Virus record (IMG/VR): IMGVR_UViG_3300035686_000004
Location: 1-64,000 of that record
Reading direction: 5' to 3' (one strand)
DNA length: 64,000 nt
Source of the DNA: a virus
The notes under the pieces are model-generated. The model saw nothing but the letters and a program-made list of their open reading frames with translations, had not been told where the DNA came from and did no database searches. The position numbers and the translations under genes are program-made. Each line of letters opens with the position of its first letter. The first letter of the stretch is position 1. Positions 42,304 to 52,300 of this stretch are shown here, piece after piece.

Positions 42304-42316
42304 TCTAATATTAGAC
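42303..42316. repeat. PAL14 variant ATCTAATATTAGAC
   Basis: Begins at the last base of the TGA of 40534..42303, and lies 7 nt upstream of the GTG at 42324. Confidence 0.8.
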
Positions 42317-42323
42317 TGACATT

Positions 42324-42710
42324 GTGCCATACAAGCTAATCGTAAACTATCACGGAATTGACAGGGAGGAGTTTATTCTCCCTGAATTTCCTAAAACTTT
42401 AACGATTGGACGATCAACAAAAGTTGAGGCAAATGACATTTCAATTAAATCCCCTAATGTTAGTAGACGTCTAGGGGCAATTAAAACTAGTATCATAAAT
42501 GGCAACTCTGTCCATTCAATGGCGCGATCGCCTGTCGCGCTAAACAAGTTTAGGAAAAAAATCGGGGTTGATGCTTACATAGAAATTGGTGATAATTTTG
42601 TCTTAAATGACGGGGATATTTTTTTAATATCTAATAGTAATGTATGGCTCCAATACATGATTTGCGAAAATGATAAAACCCAAATTTCAGAAAATGAAAC
42701 TCTCTTTTAG
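42324..42710 (+). CDS. FHA-domain-like protein
   Basis: 128 aa (GTG start). LTIGRSTKVEANDISIKSPNVSRRLGAI ... LNDGDIFLI matches the FHA pattern tiGR....di.l....vSr.Ha.i ... L.dGD.i.iG. Confidence 0.5.
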   Translation: MPYKLIVNYHGIDREEFILPEFPKTLTIGRSTKVEANDISIKSPNVSRRLGAIKTSIINGNSVHSMARSPVALNKFRKKIGVDAYIEIGDNFVLNDGDIFLISNSNVWLQYMICENDKTQISENETLF

Positions 42711-43176
42711 GGGTAAAGGCAATAAAGCATTAATCTTGCTGATTATTGCTGCCATTATTGCCGTTACCCTAGGGTTAGCCCCAGTAACGGCAGATAGCCA
42801 GAGTTTGATTTTGGTGATACTGGGCGCAATCGGAGGTGTACCTGCATTATTTGAAATAGGCGATCGCATCGTTAAAAACTTAGAGCGCTTTGATCAGCAA
42901 TTGCTACGCCTAGAAGAAACAGAAGCCCTCAAGCAAATGGTTGCCGATGCTACACGGCAATTAGAGGAGGAACGTGAGCGTGTTGAGATATTGAGGAAAG
43001 CGATCGCCCTAGAGGTAGAAACGCTTAGGGGGGTAACCTATAATGCTACTTCGGACGCCCAAGCCGCACGAAATGACGCTCAAGCTGCGAGGGAAATTGC
43101 ATTAAGAGCAGAGTCTAATTTAGTTCTTCAATTGGTAGAACGCCTTGTTAAGCTCGAAGATAAAGCCCAAGTCTAA
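42670..43176 (+). CDS. membrane-anchored coiled-coil protein
   Basis: 168 aa (alternative ATG at 42694). TM segment ALILLIIAAIIAVTLGLAPV, then coiled coil. The stop TAA is part of the palindrome at 43171. Confidence 0.55.
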   Translation: MIKPKFQKMKLSFRGKGNKALILLIIAAIIAVTLGLAPVTADSQSLILVILGAIGGVPALFEIGDRIVKNLERFDQQLLRLEETEALKQMVADATRQLEEERERVEILRKAIALEVETLRGVTYNATSDAQAARNDAQAAREIALRAESNLVLQLVERLVKLEDKAQV

Positions 43177-43184
43177 TATTAGAC
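43171..43184. repeat. PAL14 perfect
   Basis: Provides the TAA stop of 42670..43176. It lies between this gene and the convergent kinase gene. Confidence 0.95.
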
Positions 43185-43191
43185 TCGTTCA

Positions 43192-44562
43192 TTAGGGTTT
43201 TAGTTTTAAAGTAAAAACCGTATTAAATTCCATCTGTTGTATAAATCCGGGGCTAGCTACAGAAACACTGCCGCCATGAGCGATCGCGCAAGCCTTGACA
43301 ACTGATAAACCCAGTCCAACACCCTCAACCGCTCCAACATTATCAGCCCGTTGAAACGCCTCAAAAACAGTATTGCCTATATTTTCGGGAATTCCTATAC
43401 CTTTGTCACCTACCGAAACAGACCAAGCTTGAAGATCAACTAAAATATAAATCATTCCTCCTTTTGGGGAGTATTTAACTGCATTACTAATTAAGTTGCG
43501 AATAGCGCGATCACAAAAATCAGGATCAATTCTAATAATCTGCGGTTCTCCCAAAGCCCTAACAATCAGTTCATGTATTTCAGTAGATTGGCTATATTCA
43601 GATGCAATAGTGTTAACTAGCTCAGGTAAGTCTACTTCTTGGATGTCTAGTCGAATCTGATTGGTCTCTGACTGACAAACCAGGATTAAGTCATCAGCTA
43701 GATCTTTAATCCTGTTGGTGCCTTTTGGAATTTGTGCAACCCATGTTTTTAATCGATCAGGTCTAGTATTGCCATAGTGTTGGATCAACTCTGATGCTGT
43801 TAATATAGGCTGAAGACATAGGCGCAAGTCATGAGCGATCGCGCCTATTACTCGTGCTCGTTCCGCTCTTGCATTTTGCATTACCTTGATCTCGCAAGCA
43901 TCCGCATGATGCTTGATGAGTAACTGCTTATTTCTCCATGCGATCAATAGGATTGTGGAGGCGATCGCGCCAGATAACGTAGCTGATAATGCTAGACGCC
44001 TTGCCAAGAGCGAGTTTAAATAATGAATAGATTTGTATTGTTTTTGACGAATTAACACACGAATTTGGTTCGCCTCTTGTTCTACCTTGGCAATTAGCTG
44101 CCTGTCTTGTAACAGGAGTGAAGCAATGTTTTTGTCTTGCGTCAAAAATCTAATTTGTAGAGTAGCCTGAAATACCTTAATTTTTTCTTGTTTGATTTGT
44201 TGCAATTCATAAACATCCAACCTATCAACGTAGCGATTGTTAATTAATTCTTTAGTATAAACATCTACACTATTCAGGTTCTTATTAAAGGTGGTAATGT
44301 AGTAACTACGATCACTTAGATTCCCTAGCGCGCTTTTAATTAGATATTCTTTAGCGGTAATATCCGACTGAGTAAATGCAGTGACAATGCGTTCTAGATG
44401 TATCGTATCAACGTGCAATTTCTCAATAGTTTGTAATGTATTGTGAATATTTACTTGAGTAATTAAAAGCAATGGACTGGCTACGGCGGCAACAACAGCG
44501 CAAGCGATCGCTCCCATCAATAGCTTTTCTTTGAAGTAATCCCTTAGACGGAGAGTTTTCAC
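43192..44562 (-). CDS. sensor histidine kinase
   Basis: 456 aa with two TM segments flanking a roughly 150-aa helical sensor region. H-box IGAIAHDLRLCLQPI, N-box NLISNAVKYSPKGG, G-boxes GDKGIGIP and GVGLGLSVVK. Confidence 0.85.
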   Translation of the reverse strand: MKTLRLRDYFKEKLLMGAIACAVVAAVASPLLLITQVNIHNTLQTIEKLHVDTIHLERIVTAFTQSDITAKEYLIKSALGNLSDRSYYITTFNKNLNSVDVYTKELINNRYVDRLDVYELQQIKQEKIKVFQATLQIRFLTQDKNIASLLLQDRQLIAKVEQEANQIRVLIRQKQYKSIHYLNSLLARRLALSATLSGAIASTILLIAWRNKQLLIKHHADACEIKVMQNARAERARVIGAIAHDLRLCLQPILTASELIQHYGNTRPDRLKTWVAQIPKGTNRIKDLADDLILVCQSETNQIRLDIQEVDLPELVNTIASEYSQSTEIHELIVRALGEPQIIRIDPDFCDRAIRNLISNAVKYSPKGGMIYILVDLQAWSVSVGDKGIGIPENIGNTVFEAFQRADNVGAVEGVGLGLSVVKACAIAHGGSVSVASPGFIQQMEFNTVFTLKLKP

Positions 44563-44617
44563 TGTACGCTTAGTTACGATTGATTAATATTAATTATAGA
44601 CTAGGGACAATAGGACT

Positions 44618-44860
44618 ATGTTGCGTCAAATCGAACCGTCAACAGCGATTGAGCAAAACAATCATTACTATCGCAATGCTCTTACGCCTGCACTATCCTC
44701 AGTGGAATTACTGAAGCAGTACGGCGATCGCATGACGCCAGAACAAAAAGATAAGCATCTAATAAGAATTGAGCAATCTTTAGTTAGATTGTTGTCATTG
44801 GTTGAAGAGAGAAATGAAAGCGTTGAACAGGGAAACATACTGATGTTCCGTCGCAGTTAA
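44618..44860 (+). CDS. stand-alone DHp-like (HisKA-like) helical protein, paralogue of the adjacent kinase H-box region
   Basis: 80 aa. NHYYRNALTPALSSVELLKQYG aligns with the kinase AHDLRLCLQPILTASELIQHYG (His, Arg, Pro and ELxxxYG conserved). No ATPase domain. Confidence 0.55.
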   Translation: MLRQIEPSTAIEQNNHYYRNALTPALSSVELLKQYGDRMTPEQKDKHLIRIEQSLVRLLSLVEERNESVEQGNILMFRRS

Positions 44861-44872
44861 TGTTAGCAATCA

Positions 44873-45268
44873 GTGCCAATGCTACGAATTCTAGTCATTG
44901 AAGATCAGCAAGAATGCAGAGAAAACTTAATTGAAATCTTGGAACTAGAAGGACACAGCGCATTAGGAGTGAGCAACGGAAATGAGGCGATCGGTATCCT
45001 TGGTAATCAGCATTTTGATCTGATTTTTTGCGATATTGTTCTTTATGAAATATCCGGATGGGAAATATTAGCACATGTCCGTACACTGAGGCGATCACGA
45101 AAGGTTTATCTCCCTTTTGCTTATGTAACAGCACAAGCGGGAACGGTCAATCAACAACTAGCGATGCAATTAGGCGCAGACTATTTTATCACAAAACCTT
45201 ATCGGATCAAAGAAATACAAAAGGCGATCGGTCATTTGTTTATACTGAAAAATCTAATATTAGACTAA
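44873..45268 (+). CDS. single-domain response regulator (CheY-like receiver)
   Basis: ILVIEDQQE, DLIFCDIVL (phospho-acceptor Asp), YVTAQ and FITKPY match the receiver landmarks. The likely ATG is at 44879. The C-terminal LILD is encoded by a palindrome copy. Confidence 0.85.
   Translation: MPMLRILVIEDQQECRENLIEILELEGHSALGVSNGNEAIGILGNQHFDLIFCDIVLYEISGWEILAHVRTLRRSRKVYLPFAYVTAQAGTVNQQLAMQLGADYFITKPYRIKEIQKAIGHLFILKNLILD
45252..45265. repeat. PAL14 variant ATCTAATATTAGAC
   Basis: Encodes the last residues (LILD) of the response regulator. Confidence 0.8.
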
Positions 45269-45307
45269 CCCCCTATCATAATCTTTGATTTGCTAGGGGG
45301 TATACGA

Positions 45308-45508
45308 CTACGCTGGCAAAAGCGCCTGTAGTGCCGCCTTATGGCCTGCAAGAAGTGCCTGATCATGAGGCGACTTTACATTGTCAGGGGTGTATGTAGA
45401 CGTCCTATTGACGACACTGAGTTCATATTGGACTCTCAGTACGTAAGCGTTATTGGGGGGCGTGGAAGGGATAGCCTCGGGCAACCCCACTGATTTAGCG
45501 ATCGGCAT
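45308..45508 (-). CDS. hypothetical small protein
   Basis: 66-aa ORF only. Weak support. Confidence 0.3.
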   Translation of the reverse strand: MPIAKSVGLPEAIPSTPPNNAYVLRVQYELSVVNRTSTYTPDNVKSPHDQALLAGHKAALQALLPA

Positions 45509-45616
45509 ATTTAGTCCTCATTAACTAGGGTAATCTTTTTAATTTTATCGCTAATTATCAGCAGGAATTGTATTCAAAAAGCTATATAATTTTATAAAAA
45601 CAACACCATTCATACT

Positions 45617-45880
45617 ATGCGGTGGAGATATCTAGACGCTTTTACGTGGAGCTTACAACTATCGGAGAAAGATGCTTATTTGGCATGGCAGCAAAGTCAC
45701 CCTGGCGGAAGTAAGCTACTGTACACGAACTGTCGAGATATTAAAGAATTTTGGCGTAGCCCAATAGGGAGGCTAATTTACGGGATTTATTCCATTAATA
45801 GCCAAATTGCCGCGATCGCTCGCAATCCGATCCGTAAACTAAGGTATTGGAACTGGTGCGTGCGCTTTAACCGTTCTTAG
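45617..45880 (+). CDS. hypothetical small protein
   Basis: 87-aa ORF, Trp/Arg rich. Weak support. Confidence 0.35.
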   Translation: MRWRYLDAFTWSLQLSEKDAYLAWQQSHPGGSKLLYTNCRDIKEFWRSPIGRLIYGIYSINSQIAAIARNPIRKLRYWNWCVRFNRS

Positions 45881-45997
45881 TAGATAAATAAATTGGTTGA
45901 ACTAGAAAACATATTCACTAAACTGTCTACTAGTGGCAATTTGATAGAAAGAGGGTAGCAATTAGAAGCAGAGTATCAATATTAATTAAGGAAGCTT

Positions 45998-46276
45998 ATG
46001 CCTAAGCGGTGCTTGACCAAAGTACAGAAAAAAGCCGTAGAGATTTTAACAAAACATAGAAGTCCTGAATATGAGCTTGACGAAAAAACGGGTATACAGA
46101 TTCAGGATGATCTTCACATTAAAGCTGTTACTGTGCAGGCTTTGATAGATAAGGGTTTACTGGTAAAAGTCAAAGAAATAAGTTTTGTGTCACAGCCAGG
46201 AAGTTACAACCTTGTTGCCCGCAAATGGAATCATGCTAAATGCCATTCTATTGTTATCGTAAAAACAAATTTTTGA
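45998..46276 (+). CDS. hypothetical small protein (possible wHTH)
   Basis: 92-aa ORF with AAGGAAG upstream. Confidence 0.45.
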   Translation: MPKRCLTKVQKKAVEILTKHRSPEYELDEKTGIQIQDDLHIKAVTVQALIDKGLLVKVKEISFVSQPGSYNLVARKWNHAKCHSIVIVKTNF

Positions 46277-46335
46277 GTCTATGATTAACCATGAAGAATT
46301 ATACCCTGAGTAAGGGTTGATTAGATGGTTGCACC

Positions 46336-46349
46336 GTCTAATATTAGAC
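46336..46349. repeat. PAL14 perfect
   Basis: 6 nt beyond the tape measure stop codon. Confidence 0.95.
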
Positions 46350-46355
46350 ACATAA

Positions 46356-49300
46356 CTATAGCCCATGACGTCTTCTTTCGTTGGGAGAATTCCTCATCCA
46401 GTTTGAGGTTATCTTAGCACCACCTCGCGCCCCTTCTTGCGCGGCGTATTGAATGCCCTGTTCAAATTGTTCACGGGTGACGTACTCGCGATCGCCTATC
46501 TTTTCGTACTGGATGCTGATACTGCGACTACTTTCTACAGGTTCACCACTGGAGTATTCACGCTGTTGGTAGGACGGCATAGCCCCGCCTGAATTTAGAG
46601 AATCAAGGAATGCCGTCCCCATGTTTGTTACGCCGTCACGAGACACAACAAACTCTCCGGGTCGTAGCATAGCAGGAACACTATCCTTGCCTTTATCAGT
46701 TCCAGGAACAACGCCACCTTCAGAAAAACCAAGGATACCTGTCAGTAATCCTAATGGATTGCCACCGCCGCCAATAACAGAGCCTACAATACTGCCTAGT
46801 AATCCTCCACCAGTGTCTTGACCCGTGTTTTTACCCTTGAATATGCTTTCAACTCCAATGTCAATCAACCGACCAATAATTTGGTCTTTCATCTGATTGA
46901 ATGCATCTTTGAGGGATTCAAAAACACCTTTACCCTCAATCAGAAAACCCTTAAAGAAGTTCTTCGTTGCATCTCTGCCAGCTAACTCTACTTCGCGAGA
47001 TAAGTCAGCAAATTGTTGGCGAATTTGATCCAGTTTGAGTTGGTTAATCTGGATCAAATAATCACGCATCCGCTCAAATTCATCATTTGGAATCTGCCCC
47101 TTCAATTGGTTCAATTGCTCCATTTGATTCTTGAACGTCATATTTTGCTGAGCGATCGCCACATTGCGCTTAATGAATGTAGCTGAGAAGTCCGCGCCAT
47201 TCCCTGCTAATACATCCGCTCTCAAGTTAAGCATCTCTGCATTGCGGTTGAAGCGTGCTTGCTGTTGGGCGATCGCGGCTTGCTGTCGTTGCAAAGATAG
47301 TATTTGTTCTAGACTTTGGCGTTGCCGTTCATAATCCTCGGCTGAAAGATTCGTCAATGCACGCGCTTTTTCTAGTTCCCTGATTGCGGAGTCATATTGC
47401 ATACTTGCATTGAACTCCTGCGCTTGACGGGATAGAGAATCAACTTCGATACCCACTGAACTTAACAGCCCTGTCCTAGCCTGTAGGGTTGCTAGGTCGG
47501 CTTGCTGGTTCTGTTGCTTCCGTCGTAATTCAAAGTCAAGCCTATCTTGAGTAAACCGGGTCTGTGTTTGCTGTAATTCAATCCTGGCATTCTCTAGTCG
47601 TTGATCCGCCGCTTGATTGATAGTCGCAAGGATTGCATTCAAATCTTCTTGAGAGCGGTTTTGATTGGTCAACTGAAAGCGCTGTTGCTCTAATATTGCC
47701 TGTTGACGCTCCTGCTCGACTTGTAGCACTGTTTGCTGGTAGCGCAACAACGCAGGATCACCTTGACTTAAATCAAATGGGCGGAACTGCTGGAATAATT
47801 CAGCCGCCTGCTGTTGTGCTTGAGTTAGCTGTCCTGATGCCTGATTGCGGCGCTGCAAAAATGCAAAGTCAGCCTCTCTAAACTGAAGTTGCCGCTCCTC
47901 TTGACCAAACGCCCGCGCGGCTTCTGTATTTGCAGTCAAAGCTTTCTCTTGCTGGTTGAGAAGGGCGATCGCATCATTGTATTCTTGGGGCTTAATCCGT
48001 TCTAGCCTCAACTCTTCTTGCAATTGCCGACGTTTTTGATCGAGAGGAAGTAGGCGTTGCATTAGCTCAATCTCTGCCTGTAATGCGATCGGGTCACCCT
48101 GGGAAAAGTCGCGGGGGTTGCGCTGTTGTGCAAGTTGGGCACGTCGTAGTTGCTCTTGCTTGAGAGCGATCGCCTCTTGGGTAATCATGTCACGAGCCGC
48201 CAACCGTCGCAGCTTTTCCTCTCTCGCAAACCGCTCTTTCTCAAATGCTTGGCGGCGCTTTTCTTGGTCATCAATCTGACCAATGATGGTATTCACTTCT
48301 TTAAGTGTCTTGGAACCAACCGCGATCGCTCTACGGGTTGTCTCAATATCCTTGGCGACATCTTGACCGGGCTGTGCTTGATAAGTTGGGGAAGTTAATT
48401 CTTTCTCGGTAGCACGCGCCTGTTCCACCCCTGCTGTAGTCTGACGCTGAAATTCTAGTAGGCGTCTCCTTAAGTCTGAATAAGTATCACTGGTTGCTGT
48501 TAAATTTTGTTGGAATTCTCGCAAGGGGGTAGGGTCACCAATTACACTCCCCAAGTTTCTAAATTCTCGTTGAATACCAAGGGACTGCTCTACAAGCTGA
48601 TTAAGGGATTGGCGCGTTTGTTCTGTCCGGTTGCGCTGCTCTTGCGCCCCCCTTGTTTGCAAATCTTGAAGCGCTTGTTGCTCTTGCTGGATGGCAAGCT
48701 GATCTTGGCTTTCACGGTTACGGATAACTTGACTTTGACCACTGACAACACGCTGCCTTAAGCCCATATCAACAACAGGTACTGGTTTGGTAGATACCAC
48801 TGATACTGGGACTGGAGTTGGCTTAGCCACAGGTGCTTTAGGGGGTTGGACAATTTGTGTGGCTTGCCTTGCTTTTGCTGCCTCTTCCGCCACTACTTCA
48901 GGATTGACCATGCTTATACCTAGAACGGCACTACGCTTTACCCCTGTCCCTCCTTGGCGATACAGATTAAGTCGATTTTGGAAGTAGGGAATGGCTGACC
49001 GTCTACGCCCCTGCGGTGTACCTTGTCCATAAGGATTTCCCTCAAAGCTTGCCCAAATCTGCCCTAAGCGCCGCCACATACCATTTATATCTCCTTTCTC
49101 CGCCCTACCAAGGATTCCAGCTTCGTCCAATAGCGCGAGTGCCGCAATGTCTTGGCTAGTAGGACTGAAGTCTGGCACTCCAGTAATGTCTCTTACTCCA
49201 GGCCCTGGTCTTTGCTTTCTCCGTCCATACCACGTGTAATCCATGAATTGGTATTTCCCCGCCGCACTTGACGGAATCCAGCCGGGTCGCCTTACTACTC

Positions 49301-52300
49301 TATCGGGATGTCTCGATAAATTCGAGAGTTTACTGCCTCCGTAAAGCATATCGTATGTTGCACCCTCAGCCCGCCCAATAGTATCTAGTAATGCTCGAAT
49401 CTCCGGATCATTCAGCAACTGAGCATAGCGCTGTCCTTTTGCTGTCAGTCCCCTAGGAATAGCTCGATTAGTGGGTGCAGTGCCGTTACTTCTGAGTGAG
49501 TTTGCGATCGCAGCCCCAATTGCATTAGCACCCCCGCTGATAGTCCCCTGATCTTCCGTTCGACTGCTAGCACGCTTTGTCGTAGTTGATACCGCTGTTG
49601 GTCGCATTTGCCCTTTGAGTTGTTGCTCATAGGGCGCTAACCCTCCAATTACCCTAAGCCTAGTTCCCTCTTCGCGAATTAATCCTAGTTTTTCGAGATA
49701 TTTAACGGGATCGGTTGTCCCAGGGAATCCAAGACCCCCAACCCCATTAGTATGCTTAGTCCGAATTTCGTAATGTATAACTCCTGTATATGATTCTCCT
49801 CTTCCTACTGCTTGACCGGGTTGTACGACATCACCTTTTTTAACCAATAAGCGTGACGCTTCCGCTATGCGTTCAACAACATTTAACGCTTTGTTGTAAA
49901 TATCTACATAATGCCCATAACCTTTCCAGCTTCCGTCATACCCTATGTTCGTGACAACACCACCCAAGAAACTTTGTGCATCCTGTCTTCCTGTGATATC
50001 AAAATCTTGCCCAGCGTGACGCCTACGCCCACCACTTCTAGGCGCACCGTAGTCCTGACCCGGTATCAAGTTTGTACGGTAATTAATAGTGACGCGCCCA
50101 TCGCCTCTGACTATATTTCCACTACCCTTTTTTCCGCCTGAGTCTAATATTAGACTGGTACTACTTGTCGCTGATCGTTGCTTTGGCTTTTGTGGCGTTG
50201 CTGCACTCCCCCGATCAGCGCTTAGTAACCCCTCTTGCACATATTGCTCAAAGTTGGCAGAGTCACCTTTGATTGACGCGATCGCTTCTTTACTTTTTTG
50301 CTTAATCGCATCAATTGATTTACCAAATGAACCGACTAGCGTTTCACCTAAACTTGTAACTGAACTGCCAAGTTTATTAAATTCATTTCCTAGACTAGCT
50401 ACTTGCTTTTTGGCTGCGTCTACTAAATTGGGATACTTGGATAGTTTCAAGCCAATTTCAGTCACAATACCAAGGATGGGATTAAATGCCTTGAGCAAGT
50501 TAACCCCTACAATAGTTGCAAACTCTTTGGTACTGGCTTTGATTTTCCCCGTTAAATCATTGATGCCAAATTGCTTTTCAATGATTTGGATATGTGCCGC
50601 GATCGCCTGATTAAGGGCTTCATTCATTCGGGCTAATTCTGCACGAATTGATTGAATGCCCGGTATTGATTGAAGTTGCTTTTCGATAATTTGCAAATAT
50701 GACGCAATTGTTTGACCTAAATCCTGATTCATTCGTGATAACTCTGCACGAATAGATTGAATCCCAGGGATAGATTCAAACTGCTTTTTTATTATTTCAA
50801 TCTGTGCGGCAATGCTTTCTCTTAGTACTTCGTTGATACGCTTAAACTCAGTATTTATGTTCCTGATAGCTGGAATCGATTGGTCAACATAGGTTACAAA
50901 AGATTGCCAACTAGCCTGTAGTGAGGCGATCGCGTCATTCCACGCAGTACGAGGATTAGTGAAAATATTGAGTAGGAAATTTTTGCTCTGTTCAACAACA
51001 TTCAAGAATGCTTGCCATCCAGTCTTTAACGCATCTTCAAATTGCTTACTCGTGCCAATCAAGCCAGCAAATAACGCAATTAAACCGGGAATTCCACCAG
51101 CAATTGATGCACTAAATGAGCCAAAACTTAATTGCCCGTTTTCAAAAGGCTTGGAAATAGCCGCAGATAAACCAGGAAAGCGCTGCTTAACGAACTCTAC
51201 AAACTCATTCCATTTTGCTTTTAGAAAGTCAATGGCTTGATTCCAGGGATTTGGATCGGGGTGCGGCAACTGTGTCTGTTGCAGAGATGTATTTACATTA
51301 GCGATCGCGCCGTTAAGATTTTTGGTTGTCACTCCTGCGCTTTCCAGCCCCGCCTTGAGTTGCTTGACCGTTGCATCGGCATTCACGGCATCAATATCAA
51401 GTCTAATGGGAATCCTTGAGATAGGCGTTGTAGATATTGAATCAGGGACTAAATTACTAGGCAATCCATCTGGCAATTGACGGGTTAGTTCAGTGCCTTG
51501 GCGCAACAAATCAGATGCTTGAATCTGGTTTTGATAGAGTTGTTGTCGCTTTTGTATTTCCGCCTGTTGTGCCGACTGGATGCTGTCCAGTCCTGATATG
51601 AGTGAATCAACAAATCCTGAGAAGAAATTAGACTGAAATCCTTGCAACTTAGATATCAAGCGATTCTTTTCAGCCGCGATCGCTAACTGTGATTCACTTG
51701 CCTCAATAGTCAATTGCAGTTCTTGAGTCTGCCTGCTAATCCCCCGTAAATACTCATCTACGGACTTGCCCAGTTCGTATAACTGCTGTGCTGCATCTGC
51801 CTGTGATTGACTTAGTTGTACCTCTAATTGACCTAGCTGTCCTTCTATTTCCCTCATCTTGGTCAACCGTTCATACAGCAGCTTTTCTTCAGCCCCCGTC
51901 GCTAAACCCGATAGTCTATTTAATTCTTCTGTCCCTATCGTTTCAGGGTTAATGCCTCGCTGAAACATTAGTTGCACATTGTCGGGCGTATTTACATACT
52001 GACTGAGTTTACCAAGGGCTTGAGTTGCGTTGTTAACCTGTGCTTCCAGTGATCGCTGTTGCAATAATTGCTGACCATACTGTGCTTGACCAGGAGTTAA
52101 TCCATTGCGCTGTGCTATTGATAACCCTGTTTGATAACGCGCTGTATTGCCTGTGATCGCTGTATTAGCATCAGCATAAGCCGTTACAGTTTTTGTTAAT
52201 TGGTCACGAATTAACTTAACTAAACTAATTTGCCCTGATGTAAAGTTTTCGAGTTCTTTTTGTGCAGCTTCCAGCGCGGGAATTGATTGTCTAATATTAG

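Noticed and set aside
43192-45268. The kinase/regulator cassette as evidence of a prophage-host junction.
   Set aside because: Phage-specific palindromes occur on both sides (43171, 45252, 46336), and phage structural genes continue on both sides.
45269-45300. The hairpin CCCCCTA...TAGGGGG between the response regulator gene and 45308..45508, as a terminator.
   Set aside because: It has an 18-nt loop and no T-run on either strand, so support is too weak to annotate.
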